DNA of 64,000 bases from Macrostomum lignano (Eukaryota). The position numbers were made by a program, and so were the translations under genes. Positions 59,284 to 64,000 of this stretch are shown here, piece after piece. Every line of letters begins with the position of its first letter. The first letter of the stretch is position 1. The DNA is taken from assembly GCA_002269645.1 (NCBI GenBank), contig NIVC01002162.1, positions 62,001-126,000 on the forward strand, written 5' to 3'. The notes under the pieces were generated by a model that ran no database searches, had not been told where the DNA came from, and saw only the letters and a program-made list of their open reading frames with translations.

Positions 59284-62200
59284 TTAAAGCACAACTTCGT
59301 CAACGCTGCGAACTTCGCCCTTCTCAATCTGGCCGATCGCCTCGGCCACCTGCGGATACTCGGCCGCCAGCTGGTCCAACAGGTTAACTAATTTCCGACG
59401 GAATCGAACCATACGAAACAGGGTGCCAGCGTCCGGTTTCGGCAGGCCGGCAAATCGACTTTGCCGCGGTCGACGCCCACGATCGACATTGTCGACTTCG
59501 TCGTCATCGTCTTCGATGTTCATCAGCATTCGGCGATCCTCGTCTGCGTCAGCATCATTGTCCTCCTGCATCATTGTCAGATAGTCCAGCTGTTTACGCA
59601 TCTTTGGTGTCTGTTGTTGCCGCTGCGGAGTCTGGCGGGCCGTTTTACGAGGCCTAACCTCGGCGAACAGATCGGCCTCCTCCTCGTCCTCTTCGGCACA
59701 GAAAGTGACGCTATTTTTGTGCTGCGGTTTCCTCTTTCGACTCTTCTGACCGGCAACCTTAGACATGACTGGATCGGTTAGATTGTGAGTCGGTTTTAGC
59801 ACGGCATTAAAGGACGGATTAGCTGGCCGATTAAGATGATAGAGCTTGTAGCCGAACTGCTCTTTGGCAGTGAGCAGACGCTTCGCTTCCGAGCGACGCC
59901 GGTCGGCGAATGTTGTTGAGAAAAACTTGCGCGGCGAAGTAGACGATTGAGCGTCGTTGAAACGCCACACAGGCGATGCAGATTCATCTACATCTAACGC
60001 CGACTCTTGCGGTGGCTGCTGCTGCTGCTGCTGCTCTTCTTTATCCTCTTGCGGTTCCGGCTGCCGAGTCGTTTTTGTAATCTTCGATTTCTTAGAAAGC
60101 ATTGTCGGAGCGGGACGTCGACGTTTCTCATTGTGCTCGTCGCCAGCAAAGCCTAAACCAAGGCCGGCATTAAACTGGTCGATAGCCTGCGACATCGACG
60201 TGGCCGACAGGGAGACATTGGCTCGCTGAGCAGCGGCGCGTCGGGCCGGCCGATTGTTGTTATCCTCAGTTTTGGGCTTCTTTTCCGGCTGCTTCTTCGA
60301 TTTATTGTTGGAAACTGGCGGAACCAAAGCCTCTTTAGCCTCGTCAGGCTGCTGCTGTTGCTCTATAACAAGTTCAGGAGCCGATGCTTTATCTTCAACG
60401 ACAGCCTCGGGTACTTCATTATCGTCATGAACTTCTTCATCAAACAGACAACGGCCGCGCTCGCGAACTAGACGATCGAGTTCAGCAAACTCGTCCGGAG
60501 CAGCCGCTGTAGCGGCGGCATCGGCCGTAAAGAAAGTTGGCGATTGCGGCGGACTACTTAAGCGGCCCTGTCGGGAGCTGCACCTTTGACTCTTGCTAGC
60601 GCCAGGCTGCGGTGTTGGAGGCCGCTGCCTGTCTGAATCCGGCTCGGAAACTGCGCTATCATCCAACTGTTCCGAGTTGCTTTCGTCGCCTTCTTCCGAT
60701 GACGCATTGCTAGTTTCGGCGTCCAAATCTACTTTGTGCTTTCGACGCAGCGATCCTAAAAAACCAGACTCGTCCGGGGCTCTGCGCTTTCTAGCGCAGG
60801 ACTTCGTCTCGGCATTAGCGGCTTTTGCATCATTTTTGCGTTCCGGTTTGCTTCGAAGCTGCCGGCCTTTGCGACCAGGTATTGGCTTTGAGCTGGTCTC
60901 TTTTTGCTCAGCTTCCAATTCATCATCGTCAACCCGGTTACGCCTAGAATTTCTGACGACACGTTGCTTCTTAGCATATTTGCTTTCTTGTTCAGCTTCT
61001 AACTCGGCTTTATTGTTCTTGCGATCAGCTTTTAACTTGTTTTCTTTCTCTTTGCGCTCAGTCTCCTGCCTTTCTTGCTCAGCTTCCAACTCAGCCTTCT
61101 GTCGTCCAAGTTTAGCTTCCTTCTTCTCCCGCTTAGCTTCCAACTCGACTTCCTTTTGTCTGCGCTTAGCTTCTAACTCGACTTCCTTTTGTCTGCGCTT
61201 AGCTTCCAACTCGACTTCCTTTTGTCTGCGCTTAGCTTCCAACTCGACTTCCTTTTGTCTGCGCTTAGCTTCCAACTCGTCTTCTTTCTGTTTACGCTCA
61301 GCCTCCCGCCTTTCTTGCTCGGCTTCCAACTCCTTTTCCTTCCTCATTTCAGCTTCCTGCCTTTCTCGCTCGGCTTCTAACTCTTCTTTCTGTTTACGCT
61401 CAGCCTCCTGCCTTTCTCGTTCAGCTTCCAACTCGGCCTCCTTTTGCCTGCGTTCAGCTTCCTTCCTTTCTCGTTCAGCTTCCAACTCGGCCTCCTTTTG
61501 CCTGCGTTCAGCTTCCTTCCTTTCTCGTTCAGCTTCCAACTCGGCTTCTTTTTGTTTCCGCTTAGCCTCCAGCTTAGCTTCCTTTTTCTTGCGCTCAACC
61601 TCTTTCTCGGCTTTTCGTTTCTCTCGATCGTTTGCTTTTTGTTGTCTAGCTTCAAATTCAACAGCTTCCTTCTTTCGCTTTTCTTCAAGCTCAGCCTCCT
61701 GTCTAATACGTTCGGCGTCTTTTTCAGCCTTAACTCTCTCCTGTTCAGCTTCCCGCCTTCGAGTCTCGGCCTCTTGCTGCTGCTGCTGCTCTTCTTGTTG
61801 TTGCAAACGCAGACGCGACAGCTTCGAGCCGCCATCAGCAGCCGTAGCCGCCAACGGAGCGCCCGGTTCAAACTGAGGCGAACCGAAATCCAAATCGTCG
61901 AAATCGTTGTCAGAGAAAACATTGCCAAAAGCCGGACTTAAACTGAACGATTTTGATAGCCGAATACCAGGTTCGGAGTCTCGCAGCTGATTCTGATGCT
62001 GCTGCTCAGCAGGCAAACTGACAGCTATTTCGGCATCGTTAAGATCGACTGGAACCGGTAAATTTAACTGGGCCCTACGCGGCTGCTGCACATCAGCAGG
62101 CGACTGGCCACTACGCGAAGATACAGCGGAGGAGGCGCCAGTGGATGACGGCGTGCTGCGCCTGCGGAGCCGTTCAGTTTTTAGCGCGATTCGAATCGCT

Positions 62201-62838
62201 TCGGTGGACACGGATCTCTTTCTAGTTGCATCGTCAGACTCGGCAAGACTTTCAATATCAGCATCGTCTAGTTCGTTAGCTTCGCCTTTATCATTATCGT
62301 CAAAGAGTATTGAATTGTGCTCTTCAATTACCTCTTCTTCTTCTTCTTCTCCGGCCATGGTTTCAATAAACTCTTCAGGATCTGGCTCCTCCGGTTGATC
62401 AGCATTATCATTGCCATCCCCAAGGCTTGGCGGATCAATATAATCAACCGGCGGTTTAGCCTGAACAATGCGAATGAAATCGTTAGATACTGAACACTTG
62501 CCAATTGGAGCTGGTACGCGTTCGATAATAGCCTGCTGCGAGTGGAAGATGTACTGCGAACTATCGGCAGAATCATCGCCCTCTGGCAGAGGCAGGGAGC
62601 GCAATTCGTTAAGTAACCGTCTGGTTAATTCGCCAATAGACAGCAGGATGTGATTGTCTCTATAGGCCGACACGATATCGGCAAATATGTCCAGCTGAGG
62701 CCGGCAATTCTTCTCTAGGCGATTGAGAAATGCAGCATTGCGCATAGTAGATTGTAATACTTTCTCCGATCGGTCTACTCCAAAGAGAAAGTCTAGGCAT
62801 TCGCGCATTATGCGCATCGCGTCTTTTCTAGTTGCCAT
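59284..62838 (-). CDS. Uncharacterised 1184-aa protein: ordered N-terminus, acidic tract, repetitive charged coiled coil, basic/NLS-like low-complexity C-half
   Basis: Uninterrupted 3555-nt ORF starting GGACATGG, mostly non-repetitive at DNA level. In-frame internal repeats (EAERRQKEAELEAERERK; KRRQKEVELEA x4). No family motif confidently recognised. Confidence 0.8.
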   Translation of the reverse strand: MATRKDAMRIMRECLDFLFGVDRSEKVLQSTMRNAAFLNRLEKNCRPQLDIFADIVSAYRDNHILLSIGELTRRLLNELRSLPLPEGDDSADSSQYIFHSQQAIIERVPAPIGKCSVSNDFIRIVQAKPPVDYIDPPSLGDGNDNADQPEEPDPEEFIETMAGEEEEEEVIEEHNSILFDDNDKGEANELDDADIESLAESDDATRKRSVSTEAIRIALKTERLRRRSTPSSTGASSAVSSRSGQSPADVQQPRRAQLNLPVPVDLNDAEIAVSLPAEQQHQNQLRDSEPGIRLSKSFSLSPAFGNVFSDNDFDDLDFGSPQFEPGAPLAATAADGGSKLSRLRLQQQEEQQQQQEAETRRREAEQERVKAEKDAERIRQEAELEEKRKKEAVEFEARQQKANDREKRKAEKEVERKKKEAKLEAKRKQKEAELEAERERKEAERRQKEAELEAERERKEAERRQKEAELEAERERQEAERKQKEELEAERERQEAEMRKEKELEAEQERREAERKQKEDELEAKRRQKEVELEAKRRQKEVELEAKRRQKEVELEAKRRQKEVELEAKREKKEAKLGRQKAELEAEQERQETERKEKENKLKADRKNNKAELEAEQESKYAKKQRVVRNSRRNRVDDDELEAEQKETSSKPIPGRKGRQLRSKPERKNDAKAANAETKSCARKRRAPDESGFLGSLRRKHKVDLDAETSNASSEEGDESNSEQLDDSAVSEPDSDRQRPPTPQPGASKSQRCSSRQGRLSSPPQSPTFFTADAAATAAAPDEFAELDRLVRERGRCLFDEEVHDDNEVPEAVVEDKASAPELVIEQQQQPDEAKEALVPPVSNNKSKKQPEKKPKTEDNNNRPARRAAAQRANVSLSATSMSQAIDQFNAGLGLGFAGDEHNEKRRRPAPTMLSKKSKITKTTRQPEPQEDKEEQQQQQQPPQESALDVDESASPVWRFNDAQSSTSPRKFFSTTFADRRRSEAKRLLTAKEQFGYKLYHLNRPANPSFNAVLKPTHNLTDPVMSKVAGQKSRKRKPQHKNSVTFCAEEDEEEADLFAEVRPRKTARQTPQRQQQTPKMRKQLDYLTMMQEDNDADADEDRRMLMNIEDDDDEVDNVDRGRRPRQSRFAGLPKPDAGTLFRMVRFRRKLVNLLDQLAAEYPQVAEAIGQIEKGEVRSVDEVVL

Positions 62839-63244
62839 GTCCGGTTTGGTTTGCTAGGCATCGGGTGAATTCGAAAATGAGCATGTTTTTCTACTATTAA
62901 CACAGTAAATATAGCATACTAGTGTAAATTAGTTGAAATGCAATTAAAGCAGTGTATGACGATGGACAGTATAACACTGATTAAAAATCAAGTTAGACAT
63001 TGGGCAGTCGAATTGGACATCAGTGTCTAAACTCATGCATTTTGTGGCCTTCTACTTCCTTATCAAGTGTCTGTGTGTGTGCGGCATATCACAGAAAGGG
63101 CCATGGACAACCGGATTCGCCAGTACCCAAGGACTACCAGTGAAAAAAGAGAGCTGATCATCTTGGCTTGTCCTTTGAAGTTTCTTTTGCCTGTTAGCGA
63201 AATAAATGTTTCATCAACAGCAAGAAAATTGTCAGAATGGACTG

Positions 63245-63985
63245 TCATATGTCTAACTTGATTTTCAATCAGTGTAATTTTGTCTATGGCCCTACCTAAC
63301 TTGATTTCCAATCAGTGTAATCTTGTCTATGGCCATGCCTAACTTGATTTCTAACCAGTGTAATCTTGTCTATGGCCATGCCTAACTTGATTTCTAACCA
63401 GTGTAATCTTGTCTATGGCCATGCCTAACTTGATTTCTAACCAGTGTAATCTTGTCTATGGCCATGCCTAACTTGATTTCTAACCAGTGTAATCGTGTCT
63501 ATGGCCATGTCTAACTTGATTTCCAATCAGTGTAATTTTGTCTATGGCCATGCCTAACTTGATTTCCAATCAGTGTAATTTTGTTTATGGCCATGTCTAA
63601 CTTGATTTCCAATCAGTGTAATATTGTCTATGGCCATGCCTAACTTGATTTACAATCAGTGTAATTTTGTTATGGCCATGCCTAACTTACAATCAGTGTA
63701 ATTTTGTCTATGGCCATGTCTAACTTGATTTCCAATCAGTGTAATTTTGTCTATGGCCATGCCTACTTAATTTTCAATCAGTGTAATATTGTCTATGGCC
63801 ATAGTCTAATTTGATTTCTAATCTGTGTAATCTTGTCTATGGCCATGCCTAACTTGATTTACAATCAGTGTAATTTTGTCTATGGCCATGCCTACTTAAT
63901 TTTCAATCAGTGTAATCTTGTCTATGGCCATAGTCTAACTTGATTACTAACCAGTGTAATTTTGTCCATGGCCATGCCTAGCATC
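63245..63985. repeat. 43-bp minisatellite (CAGTGTAATCTTGTCTATGGCCATGCCTAACTTGATTTCTAAC), ~17 copies
   Basis: Direct reading; an inverted partial unit lies at 62974-63000. Confidence 0.93.
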
Positions 63986-64000
63986 CATCAGATTTCACGA

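Noticed and set aside
60200-60250. Assignment of the 1184-aa ORF as shugoshin
   Set aside because: Only a loose basic-motif resemblance; the YxEP-type continuation and an N-terminal shugoshin coiled coil are not seen.

Overview
Eukaryotic (metazoan) genomic DNA, not prokaryotic. GC-rich exons, GT-AG introns and introns packed with private minisatellites suggest a flatworm such as Macrostomum (inference from style only). Genes reconstructed by hand with phase-consistent splice junctions: an ankyrin-repeat + Mab-21/cGAS-like nucleotidyltransferase (cGLR-type, +), a secreted fibrinogen-related protein (-), an M6PR/ATG27-family sorting receptor (-), GAS8/DRC4 (-) head-to-head with an 11-exon RAD50 (+), an intronless PAN + C-type lectin (+), tRNA-Val(CAC), an LMO1/3-type LIM-only gene (-) and a 1184-aa orphan coiled-coil/low-complexity ORF (-). 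Mobile DNA includes a Gypsy pol relic, two tRNA-derived SINE copies, a cluster of RNase H-bearing LINE fragments set in (CAA)n tracts, a probable non-autonomous Helitron carrying two minisatellites, foldback- and hAT-like ends, and a THAP relic. More than 20 distinct tandem arrays account for most long ORFs in the ORF track, which are spurious. Best candidate for an uncharacterised system: the ANK-cGLR, with an intact-looking catalytic triad, next to a lectin-type immune gene. Second: the minisatellite-per-intron architecture of RAD50 and the transposon carriers that appear to move such arrays. Coordinates were counted by eye; array boundaries and copy numbers are approximate.
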